The position numbers and the translations under genes are program-made. A stretch of 64,000 nt of DNA from a virus (Duplodnaviria; Heunggongvirae; Uroviricota; Caudoviricetes), in the IMG/VR virus record IMGVR_UViG_3300050120_000279, one strand, 5' to 3'. How positions within the stretch are numbered: position 1 is the stretch's first letter; each line of letters opens with the position of its first letter. This document shows positions 8,282 through 15,845 of this stretch, one piece after another. Below the pieces are notes generated by a model. The model was not told where the DNA came from, ran no database searches, and saw nothing but the letters and a program-made list of their open reading frames with translations.

Positions 8282-8487
8282 TCCAGCTTTGGCTGCGACG
8301 GATCGTTTCTCTACCCTTCCTGCTCATTACCCTGGCGGTATGGATCATCGGTGACTTGCTCCGGTTCTGCAGCTACTTGCTTATCGGAACTATCGAGTGG
8401 ATCGAAGACGGCGATTGGCCTGGATTCAGCTGGCGCAAAGCTACCCAGATGTCACGGATAGCTTTTCTCTGGTGGCCTAAATACTAA
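8278..8487 (+). CDS. small membrane protein (two predicted TM helices)
   Basis: 69 aa hydrophobic ORF; ATGA overlap with the ligase stop; contains the AGCTTTGGCTG motif at codons 3-6. Confidence 0.4.
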   Translation: MIQLWLRRIVSLPFLLITLAVWIIGDLLRFCSYLLIGTIEWIEDGDWPGFSWRKATQMSRIAFLWWPKY

Positions 8488-8495
8488 GGAGAACT

Positions 8496-8897
8496 ATGTC
8501 ACAAAGTGCTGGCGCTGCTGGCGTCTACGGCATCCTGCTGAATGATCTCGACTCCGCGGAAGTAGAGTTGATCGTCAAGAAGCTGGATGCCGCCCAGCTC
8601 GATTACACAATGGAAAACGAGTGGGATGAACTTGAGAATGGTCCTGAAGATGTCGAGGCAATCAAGCTGCTTCGAGCAGAACTGGATGCCTACTTCATCG
8701 GTAAGGGTGTTGTGATTCCGGAGAAGGCCAAGATTCATTGGACTGCCTTTGATGACGAGCGCCCTGCGTCTTGTGCCACCGATGGTGAGCAGTGGGTTCT
8801 TGGCTTTGGTCTTTTCACACTACCCAGTGAGTACCCGCAGCTGGATAAGACATTCACTGATTTATCTGCCTGGTACACCTGGGCTTGGATGGGATAG
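8496..8897 (+). CDS. hypothetical protein
   Basis: 133 aa ORF with GGAGAA RBS; ends with TAG. Confidence 0.4.
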   Translation: MSQSAGAAGVYGILLNDLDSAEVELIVKKLDAAQLDYTMENEWDELENGPEDVEAIKLLRAELDAYFIGKGVVIPEKAKIHWTAFDDERPASCATDGEQWVLGFGLFTLPSEYPQLDKTFTDLSAWYTWAWMG

Positions 8898-8903
8898 GGC
8901 ACC

Positions 8904-9551
8904 ATGGGAATCATCGAACGGATCCTCTTGAAGCTACTTCGTCATGAGGACATCACAGATAAGGCGGGGGTTCTTTACCTCCGCCGATTCTTCCTCATCA
9001 ACAGAGACAAGAAAGTCACCTGCCATGACGGTACAGTGCAGGAAAAGCGTTCCTGGCATGTCTACCTCCACAAGTTCTATCGCGGCGACACAGACAGGCA
9101 TCTCCATGACCATCCCTGGCCCTTCAAGAGCCTGATGCTGGCCGGAGGATACTGGGAGCACCGCGCGAACCCTGATCACGCCCGTTGGACTGCTCTGCAG
9201 GCTGAGGGTGGCATCGGTGACATGTGCCGGCTGATCGAGATCGATCTCATGGGTGGTACGGCTGGCCTTTATGACCCGCTGCTGTCCGAAGTCAACGAGA
9301 TCTACTGGCGTGCAGGTCAGCGCAAGAAGCCTGAACCTCCGCTGACGATCCGCAAGTGGTATCGACCTGGGTCATTCATCGGCCGCGGCGCCCGCTGGAC
9401 GCATCGCGTCGAGCTTCCTCAGTGCAAGTTTGCCTGGACCCTGGTCTTCACTGGAGTCAAGGAACGTGACTGGGGCTTCCACACGGAAAACGGCTGGTGC
9501 TTCTGGAAGAACTACTCCGAAGGCGTCTGCGCTGTAGGTACTGAGCAATAG
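8904..9551 (+). CDS. hypothetical protein (contains HLHDHPW His-rich motif)
   Basis: 215 aa ORF. Confidence 0.4.
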   Translation: MGIIERILLKLLRHEDITDKAGVLYLRRFFLINRDKKVTCHDGTVQEKRSWHVYLHKFYRGDTDRHLHDHPWPFKSLMLAGGYWEHRANPDHARWTALQAEGGIGDMCRLIEIDLMGGTAGLYDPLLSEVNEIYWRAGQRKKPEPPLTIRKWYRPGSFIGRGARWTHRVELPQCKFAWTLVFTGVKERDWGFHTENGWCFWKNYSEGVCAVGTEQ

Positions 9552-9563
9552 AAAGGCACGACG

Positions 9564-10808
9564 ATGTTCAATGATCCGGAATCAGACGCCCACATGGCGA
9601 TCATTACCCTGGAGAACGCAGGCTTCAAAGCTCATGCCATTGGAGGCTGTGTCCGGGATTTGATCCTGGGGCGGAAACCCAAGGATTATGACCTCGTCAC
9701 GAATGCTACGCCGGAAGAGATCATCAAACTGTTCCCTAAGACGGTCAATGTCGGCGCTGCTTTCGGTGTCATTGTAGCCGTTCTGGAGCATTCTCAGGTT
9801 GAGATCGCCACCTACCGTGCAGACGGAGTCTACTCGGATGGCCGTCGTCCGGACACCGTGATCTATGCCAAGACCCTCGAAGAAGATGTCAGACGCAGGG
9901 ACTTCACCATGAATGGCATTGCGGCCAGCGCCCTTGGCAATGGCGTCCACATGGACTCATGGACTAAGGACTATGTCCATGGGTACAAGGACATCGAAGC
10001 GAAGATCATTCGAACGATTGGCGATCCGGTTGAACGGTTCACCGAGGATCCTCTCCGCATGCTGCGTGCCATCAGGTTCTCGGCCCAGCTGGGGTTCACC
10101 ATCGAGAAGAAGACTTTTGCCGCTATCCAGAAGTGTGCCAAGCTCATCCAGAAGGTTAGTGCTGAACGGGTTCGGACAGAACTGATCAGCCTTCTCACCT
10201 CAGATGAACCAGGTATAGGTATCGCCAATCTTCTGCGGTCGGGGTTGCTGAACTATCGTATGCAGTGGCTCCTGGACCTCAAGTTCCCGCGTCTAATCAC
10301 ACTGCTGGAGCTTGTCAAGCACTCCGAACAGGATAGATATCCCTCAGGTTTCATGCTCGGAGTGTTTCTGGAGTCATTGAAGCCGGCAATGCTCGGTGTG
10401 GCCATCAAGGATCTGAAACTGTCCTATGGCGAAGAGGCTTGCATCAAGAAGATGTGGGACTGGCCCATGTTGCAGGATCTTCGATACGCTGCGGCACCGT
10501 GGCGTCCTCGTGTGAAACGTGCCATGCGCGAGCCGTACTTTGCTCAGGCGATGCGACTCTTTGAGTTGGATCAACTGAGTGGTATCGGACTCAATCCAGA
10601 ACCATTCCAAGAGGTCAATGACCTGGTGACGATTTGCAAACAGGAAGGTATTTATCCTGCAGCTTTCGTGGACGGTGATGACCTGATGGAGTATGGATAC
10701 GAGGGCAAAGCCATCGGCGACGCACTCTACCTGCTCGAATCCGCCCAGCTGGATGGCGCCATCGACAGTAAAGACCAAGCACTACGGTACATCGGAGCAA
10801 TCAAATGA
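9564..10808 (+). CDS. cca: tRNA nucleotidyltransferase (CCA-adding enzyme / poly(A) polymerase head-domain family)
   Basis: GGCVRDLILGRKPKDYDLVTNATPEE matches the class II nucleotidyltransferase head motif; RDF..NG region conserved. Confidence 0.8.
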   Translation: MFNDPESDAHMAIITLENAGFKAHAIGGCVRDLILGRKPKDYDLVTNATPEEIIKLFPKTVNVGAAFGVIVAVLEHSQVEIATYRADGVYSDGRRPDTVIYAKTLEEDVRRRDFTMNGIAASALGNGVHMDSWTKDYVHGYKDIEAKIIRTIGDPVERFTEDPLRMLRAIRFSAQLGFTIEKKTFAAIQKCAKLIQKVSAERVRTELISLLTSDEPGIGIANLLRSGLLNYRMQWLLDLKFPRLITLLELVKHSEQDRYPSGFMLGVFLESLKPAMLGVAIKDLKLSYGEEACIKKMWDWPMLQDLRYAAAPWRPRVKRAMREPYFAQAMRLFELDQLSGIGLNPEPFQEVNDLVTICKQEGIYPAAFVDGDDLMEYGYEGKAIGDALYLLESAQLDGAIDSKDQALRYIGAIK

Positions 10809-11308
10809 GCGCACCACGAACCATTGAGTACTTCGAAGGCAGGTTCTTCTTCCTGTCGAACTTCTTCCCCATCCTGCTTGAATACGATGGCGCGGTCTAC
10901 CCGACCAATGAGCATGCGTTTCAGGCAGCGAAGACAATCGATCCGTTGGAGCGTATTGTGTTCCAGGATCCAAAGTCCTCGCCTTCGGATGTGAAGAAGC
11001 TCGGCCGAGCCATCACCCTCCGGCATGATTGGGAACAGGTCAAGAACTCCATCATGAAGGAGCAGCTGTTGGAGAAGTTCTCCGACAGGCACCCCATCTA
11101 TCTGAAGGGATTGCTCAACACCGAGGACCGCACTCTTGTTGAGGGTAACCTCTGGCATGACAACATTTGGGGCAACTGCCATTGCATGGACAATCTCACT
11201 GTCCGCGTTCCATTCGGATCAAAGGCATTCTGTGTTAGTCCTGGACAGAACCGACTGGGTCTGGCTCTGATGGAAGTCAGAGCAGAACGTCTCGCATGCC
11301 AGTCCTAG
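10805..11308 (+). CDS. NADAR (YbiA-like) domain protein
   Basis: EYFEGRFFFLSNFFP...YPTNEHAFQAAK matches the NADAR/DUF1768 signature; ATGA overlap with cca. Confidence 0.75.
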   Translation: MSAPRTIEYFEGRFFFLSNFFPILLEYDGAVYPTNEHAFQAAKTIDPLERIVFQDPKSSPSDVKKLGRAITLRHDWEQVKNSIMKEQLLEKFSDRHPIYLKGLLNTEDRTLVEGNLWHDNIWGNCHCMDNLTVRVPFGSKAFCVSPGQNRLGLALMEVRAERLACQS

Positions 11309-11796
11309 CAGTCATCGGGTCGCGATCATTCAACTACCAGGACCGAGTCTGGGAATATCTGGACAAGGTCCTGGAGAAGACCGAGAACCTAAGTCTGGTC
11401 TCGGGCGCCTGCCCTCAAGGCGCTGATGCCCTCGCAGAATCCTGGGCAAAGAGGAGGGGTGTTCCTATCCTGTTGTATCCGGCCGACTGGTCGAAGGGTA
11501 AGGGCGCCGGCTTTGCACGTAACCAGAAGATCGTCAAGGCAGCTGATGTCGTGGTGTGTTTCTGGGATGGCACGAGCAAGGGAACTGTGGATTCAATCGA
11601 ACGTGCATGGAGATTGGGGATTAAGGTCATGGTTTCGACCCCTCAAAACCCAAAGATGGTGCTCGTCAAAGACTTCATGGAACTTGCGCAGCGTGCTTGT
11701 TTGCACCCCGGAATGAGGGACTGGTCTACAGGAACTTCGACCTTCTGTCCGGACTGTAATCACGTGTTCAACGTACAAGACAACCCAACTCAGTAG
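11296..11796 (+). CDS. DUF2493 (YspA-like SLOG family) Rossmann-fold protein
   Basis: VIGSRSF...SGACPQGADALAESWAKRRGV...YPADWSKGKGAGFARNQKIV matches the DUF2493 consensus. Confidence 0.65.
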   Translation: MPVLAVIGSRSFNYQDRVWEYLDKVLEKTENLSLVSGACPQGADALAESWAKRRGVPILLYPADWSKGKGAGFARNQKIVKAADVVVCFWDGTSKGTVDSIERAWRLGIKVMVSTPQNPKMVLVKDFMELAQRACLHPGMRDWSTGTSTFCPDCNHVFNVQDNPTQ

Positions 11797-11806
11797 GGAG
11801 CAGCAT

Positions 11807-12250
11807 TTGTTGAACGACAACACTTTAGAAGAAGTTACACCGAGTTCTTTCGCTATGGCGGAAGAGCGGTTCTATGTAATTGTTCCCGAGACTGTCCAAT
11901 CTGACATGACAAGTCACGATATGGAGTCCGGAAGACTCATGGCTCAGTCGTTTCATATAGGCAGAGTCGTTGAGTATCGAAGAGCCATGGCTGGAGCCCA
12001 GTCACAGGACATCACAACGATCGTTCTCGCGGTACGCAATACCCTGGAACTGAACAAAGTGATGACTGAGCTGGTAGGACAGCAGTTAGTTGATGACGGT
12101 AAAGGGAAGCCTCACTTCGCCGTCTCGCTATATCGTGACCACAACCCCCAGGTCTACCAGACGGACAGCCGTGTACTGACTGCTCTCTGTGTAGGTCCGG
12201 TTATCCGTTCCGCCGTCGAACACATCCTGGGACACCTGGAGACGTACTAG
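11807..12250 (+). CDS. peptidyl-tRNA hydrolase, PTH2 family
   Basis: MAQSFH..., ITTIVLAV, VSLYRDHNPQVYQTDSRVLTALCVGPV and C-terminal LGHLETY align to the PTH2 core (VAAQCSHA...[23 protein letters not shown]...TGHLKLY). Confidence 0.7.
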   Translation: MLNDNTLEEVTPSSFAMAEERFYVIVPETVQSDMTSHDMESGRLMAQSFHIGRVVEYRRAMAGAQSQDITTIVLAVRNTLELNKVMTELVGQQLVDDGKGKPHFAVSLYRDHNPQVYQTDSRVLTALCVGPVIRSAVEHILGHLETY

Positions 12251-12287
12251 CTTTGGCTGGACTTCCCCTGCACTGGATCCTAAAGAG

Positions 12288-12713
12288 ATGAAACGACACA
12301 CCTGTTTTGCCCTGCTGTTCTTGTCTCTCTCAGGGTTTGCCGCCATCCCCTCTCAAGGGGTTGTTGGTATGGCCACTTGGTATGGAAAACAACACCATGG
12401 GAGAAAGACCAGCAGTGGTCGCCGATTCAACGAACATGAGCTCACTGCCGCGTCTCCTACGTTGCCCTTCGGAACCCGCGTTCACGTCACCTTCCTGAAG
12501 ACTGGAAGGTCCGTTGACGTCGAGATTACCGATCGAGGTCCCTTCGGTAAGCACCGAATCCTCGATCTTTCTGAGGAAGCAGCGGATGAGATCGGACTCA
12601 AGCCCTACGGCGTAGGACGGATCAAATTAGAGGTCATCAATGAGCGCCAGCTTTCAGCAAATCACTCTTACCCTCGTCGTGAAGGAAGAGGACGTCGAAG
12701 CAGTGAAACGTGA
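12288..12713 (+). CDS. secreted RlpA-like double-psi beta-barrel protein with signal peptide
   Basis: N-terminal signal peptide; ATWYG..GRKTSSGRRFNEHELTAASPTLPFGTRVHVT..GRSVDVEITDRGP matches the RlpA/DPBB motif. Confidence 0.65.
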   Translation: MKRHTCFALLFLSLSGFAAIPSQGVVGMATWYGKQHHGRKTSSGRRFNEHELTAASPTLPFGTRVHVTFLKTGRSVDVEITDRGPFGKHRILDLSEEAADEIGLKPYGVGRIKLEVINERQLSANHSYPRREGRGRRSSET

Positions 12714-12834
12714 ACTGAACCAGTCCCTCGATTGTATCGGGGAAGAGTATCAGGTCCACAACGACAAGATCGAGGAAGAGGACTGCGATAGCCCTGAGTC
12801 CGAAGATCTGTACGAGTTCGAAGACGCGGCGTAA
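12640..12834 (+). CDS. small acidic protein
   Basis: 64 aa, Glu/Asp-rich C-terminal half; starts inside the 3' end of the RlpA-like gene. Confidence 0.3.
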   Translation: MSASFQQITLTLVVKEEDVEAVKRELNQSLDCIGEEYQVHNDKIEEEDCDSPESEDLYEFEDAA

Positions 12835-12886
12835 CAACCGCAAGCCGTAACAATCAACCGGACAAGTTCCGCTAGGAGAAAGAATC

Positions 12887-13375
12887 ATGGCATCAGTCGC
12901 AAGCATCACCCTGTTGGGCAACCTCGGAAAAGACCCAGTCCTCACCAAGGGTTCCGATGTATCGAAGTCATACTGCGATCTGTCGATTGCAGTTGAGATC
13001 TATGACGGCAAAGACGCCGCCGGCAAAGGCCAGTACAAGACCAACTGGTGGAACCCGCGTGTCTTCGGCCAGCAGGCGGAGTACATTGCCGGTGCAGCCA
13101 AGAAGGGCAACGCTGTTCTCGTGCTCGGCGATCTCGTCATCAATGAGAAGGACGGCAAGCAGTACAACAACGTCCGCGCCACCACTGTCCGCCTCGCTAC
13201 TCGCAACGAGAAGGGTTCTGGGGATCAAGCACAGCCCCAGGGCGAACAGACTCAGCAGACCAGCTCGGCGCCTGTGGCGCAGCAGGCAAGCGCTCCTGCC
13301 ACGGCCGCAGCTCTCCCGCCGGCTACTGTCCATGCCACCACGATGGAAGCAGTCGACGAAGACCTGCCGTTCTAA
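12887..13375 (+). CDS. ssb: single-stranded DNA-binding protein (SSB)
   Basis: OB-fold N-terminus (ITLLGNLGKDP), Gln/Pro-rich linker and acidic C-terminal tail ...DEDLPF. Confidence 0.8.
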   Translation: MASVASITLLGNLGKDPVLTKGSDVSKSYCDLSIAVEIYDGKDAAGKGQYKTNWWNPRVFGQQAEYIAGAAKKGNAVLVLGDLVINEKDGKQYNNVRATTVRLATRNEKGSGDQAQPQGEQTQQTSSAPVAQQASAPATAAALPPATVHATTMEAVDEDLPF

Positions 13376-13387
13376 CCACCAACCGTT

Positions 13388-13407
13388 GGGGAGGGGAAAC
13401 CCTCCCC
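13388..13407 (+). terminator. stable hairpin GGGGAGGG-GAAA-CCCTCCCC after ssb (terminator or RNA stability element; no clear U-tract)
   Basis: Perfect 8-bp GC stem with GNRA tetraloop 13 nt after the ssb stop. Confidence 0.35.
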
Positions 13408-13420
13408 GATATGAGGTCTC

Positions 13421-13747
13421 ATGTCCCTGAATAAAGCAATCAATTCGGTTGTTGCCCTCATCGAGGGACGAACTGATATCGCCAAAGAGATCTTCCGGGA
13501 TCCAACATCAGATGTTTCGAACATTCCTGATGTCATGGCACGCCTCGATGCCGCCGTTGAGAAAGCAGCCGCTAAGGCTATCCGTAATGGACTCATCCGC
13601 GCACTCGCCATAAGACCTGACGTAAAGATCTCCCCTAATGTCCTATCCCCCGAGAGGGCTTTCTACGACGGGGTCAACGCTATGGAGAAGCTCTTCGGCG
13701 ATATTGCCTTCACCTTGGAGCGTCATGCATCTGACGATCAATACTGA
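13421..13747 (+). CDS. hypothetical protein
   Basis: 108 aa ORF. Confidence 0.35.
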   Translation: MSLNKAINSVVALIEGRTDIAKEIFRDPTSDVSNIPDVMARLDAAVEKAAAKAIRNGLIRALAIRPDVKISPNVLSPERAFYDGVNAMEKLFGDIAFTLERHASDDQY

Positions 13748-14282
13748 CGGTGGCGGTCAAGCGAGTTCCGACGTCGGCGGTGACGCTGCGGCAGCATATG
13801 TCGTCCAGACTATCGAAGGGACTTATCTGGGAAGCTCCTCGTGTCAACTGGTGGGAACTAACAATGATGCCGAGTACCTTGGGGTCCTCATGGCCGTTAG
13901 GGACCTACGCGATCAACTCATTGCTCCCCACGAGGATATCGAAAGCGTCACTTTCATCGCTGATTCGCAGCTCATCGTCTACCACCTCACCGGCGACTGG
14001 AAGTGTAAGAGTTCTAAACTCCGAGTAACTCGGGACGAGATCCGAGCAATCGTAAAAGCTCTTCCTTTCCCAGTGTCCTTCACTTGGATGCGACGTGAAC
14101 ACAACAAGAACGCTGACACCCTTTGTGCCGATGCCATGGTGAACGGGCCGAAGCTCGACTTTACTGCGCCGATCCCACGTGATCCGCGTGTCAAGAAAGA
14201 TGGTACCCGTGCCAGAATCAGCAGAATCAAAGACTTCGCTTTCGCTATTGAACCTTTTGAGACTAGCGAGTACCGGCTATGA
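13725..14282 (+). CDS. rnh: ribonuclease H (RNase HI-like)
   Basis: INTDGG...GTNNDAEYLGVLMAV...DSQLIVYHLTGDW...WMRREHNKNADTLCADA matches the RNase H catalytic DEDD layout. Confidence 0.7.
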   Translation: MHLTINTDGGGQASSDVGGDAAAAYVVQTIEGTYLGSSSCQLVGTNNDAEYLGVLMAVRDLRDQLIAPHEDIESVTFIADSQLIVYHLTGDWKCKSSKLRVTRDEIRAIVKALPFPVSFTWMRREHNKNADTLCADAMVNGPKLDFTAPIPRDPRVKKDGTRARISRIKDFAFAIEPFETSEYRL

Positions 14283-14298
14283 AGATGGCTGGCTCGAC

Positions 14299-14547
14299 AT
14301 GTACTTCAAGAAGAAGACTGGTGAGCCCAAACGGCATGTAACTCGCGGCGGGGATACATTGGCACGCTTCATCGTCATAGAGCTGGCCGAAACCTTTGAC
14401 GAAGATATGAGTCAGGATGAACAGATCGAAGAAGCACAGCGTGCCCTTCAATCGGCGATCGTTGATCTCGAAGATGTGATCACTGCCCTTGGTTCCCCTG
14501 CAATGTTAGCTCAAGTCTTAGCGTGTAAGAAGGATAAGAAGTCATGA
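14299..14547 (+). CDS. hypothetical protein
   Basis: Internal ATG of ORF 14179..14547 downstream of the RNase H stop. Confidence 0.3.
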   Translation: MYFKKKTGEPKRHVTRGGDTLARFIVIELAETFDEDMSQDEQIEEAQRALQSAIVDLEDVITALGSPAMLAQVLACKKDKKS

Positions 14548-14741
14548 AGACATTCTCCGTAACCTTTACTTTTCGTGAGCTTCCCAGTCCCCATATGTAC
14601 CAGTCGACGACAGTCGACGCCAGCAGTATTGGCACTGCGGTGCGCCGCGCGGAGGAGATTATCCGTGCTAGGCCACATGTCAAAGGACGACGTATCACGC
14701 AGTGCGAGATTGATGTGAGCGAGTCTGGTGCTAGTACGTAG
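14544..14741 (+). CDS. hypothetical protein
   Basis: 65 aa, ATGA overlap with upstream gene; TAG stop. Confidence 0.35.
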   Translation: MKTFSVTFTFRELPSPHMYQSTTVDASSIGTAVRRAEEIIRARPHVKGRRITQCEIDVSESGAST

Positions 14742-14980
14742 TGCCTAACATCGCCGATAACTATCCGGCTGGTGCCTTTGACGGAGATAGCTGCTTCAGC
14801 ATTGGCCATATGGGTGGTTGCGGAGAAGACTGCAAAGTCCTCCACCGCGGCGAATGCGATATCGAAGAAGAGATGTTCGTTCAAATAGGCATCTGGCCCA
14901 ACAAGTTCCATGGTCCGGACTGGCCCCCAATCTGTGAAGAACCCCTGTATATGAAAAGGCTGGCTGATGACACCTATTGA
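14741..14980 (+). CDS. hypothetical Cys-rich protein
   Basis: 79 aa ORF starting with GTG directly at the upstream stop. Confidence 0.3.
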   Translation: MPNIADNYPAGAFDGDSCFSIGHMGGCGEDCKVLHRGECDIEEEMFVQIGIWPNKFHGPDWPPICEEPLYMKRLADDTY

Positions 14981-15524
14981 AGAGTTGAAGATGTACTGCA
15001 GCCAGTTTCGTATCGGGCAGGTTGTACGTACATCGCAAGGCTACGGCGTTGTCGAAGCAATCGATGCCGGGTTTCCTGGAGCATTTATCCGTGTACAGAT
15101 CGATGGTGCCGGCTCACCGGAGTTCAGCGCTCACAACGTGTATCAGCTTTCAGATCTGGACCGTACAGCTCGCCAAGCTATAGCTGAAGCTTGGGGTATC
15201 AACGCTTTCGGCAAACTGGAAGTTCATAATGTAGCCCAGCGAACGATTCGACTCAATGAAGAGTCTGTTGAAGCCTGTCAGGTAGCCAACGTGGACCCTG
15301 ATCTTCTTCACGAACAGATCGACGAAGTCTATAGCCGGCCTGTTGGCGAGCTCAACCAGGAGATTGGCGGGATTGGTCTCTGTGTTTTGCTGCTCGCTGC
15401 TTCTGCTGGACTTGATGCTGATCAAGAAGAGAACCGGGAAGTGAAACGGGTTCTCAACAAGCCGGTCAAGTACTTTACAGCGCGTAATGCTGACAAGAAC
15501 GCGCGTGGTTTCAGCGCAGTCTAG
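14967..15524 (+). CDS. hypothetical protein
   Basis: 185 aa ORF. Confidence 0.4.
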   Translation: MTPIEELKMYCSQFRIGQVVRTSQGYGVVEAIDAGFPGAFIRVQIDGAGSPEFSAHNVYQLSDLDRTARQAIAEAWGINAFGKLEVHNVAQRTIRLNEESVEACQVANVDPDLLHEQIDEVYSRPVGELNQEIGGIGLCVLLLAASAGLDADQEENREVKRVLNKPVKYFTARNADKNARGFSAV

Positions 15525-15532
15525 GAGACACC

Positions 15533-15784
15533 ATGCAGCAGTATTCATATCAAGTTCCCTCCCATCCAAAGGGAGGCATCGCATTCATGTTTGACGTCAT
15601 TGCTGAAGACCCATTCGATTCATTGGTCAAGGCTCGGGCACTGCTGGAAGAGCAGTCCGATGATGAGGGCAATCTGCATATCGATCTCACCTTTGGCTTG
15701 ACAGCAGGGAAGCTGAAGATCTTTGCAGGCGCCATCGACAACGACTCGTTGATCGACGTCAAGGAAATACCGGACCTGATGTAA
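15533..15784 (+). CDS. hypothetical protein
   Basis: 83 aa ORF with GGAGAC RBS. Confidence 0.35.
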   Translation: MQQYSYQVPSHPKGGIAFMFDVIAEDPFDSLVKARALLEEQSDDEGNLHIDLTFGLTAGKLKIFAGAIDNDSLIDVKEIPDLM

Positions 15785-15845
15785 GCAATTGCCCTGTAGT
15801 AGATCGGCACCTTTCGAATCACACTCAGACATAAGTTAGGAAACA

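Noticed and set aside
8895-8906. TAG-terminated genes followed within 2-3 codons by an in-frame downstream ORF (8496..8897 with 8904..9551, and 39919..40320 with 40330..40602), considered as suppressor-tRNA-driven readthrough fusions
   Set aside because: Two of about eight TAG stops matching frame is what chance predicts. Both downstream ORFs have their own ATG and purine-rich RBS, and TAG clearly terminates other genes here.
8904-9551. HLHDHPW motif as a possible 2OG-Fe(II) dioxygenase (AlkB/TET-like) for base modification
   Set aside because: A single His-rich stretch without the second His and Arg motifs. Insufficient to call a cupin fold by eye.
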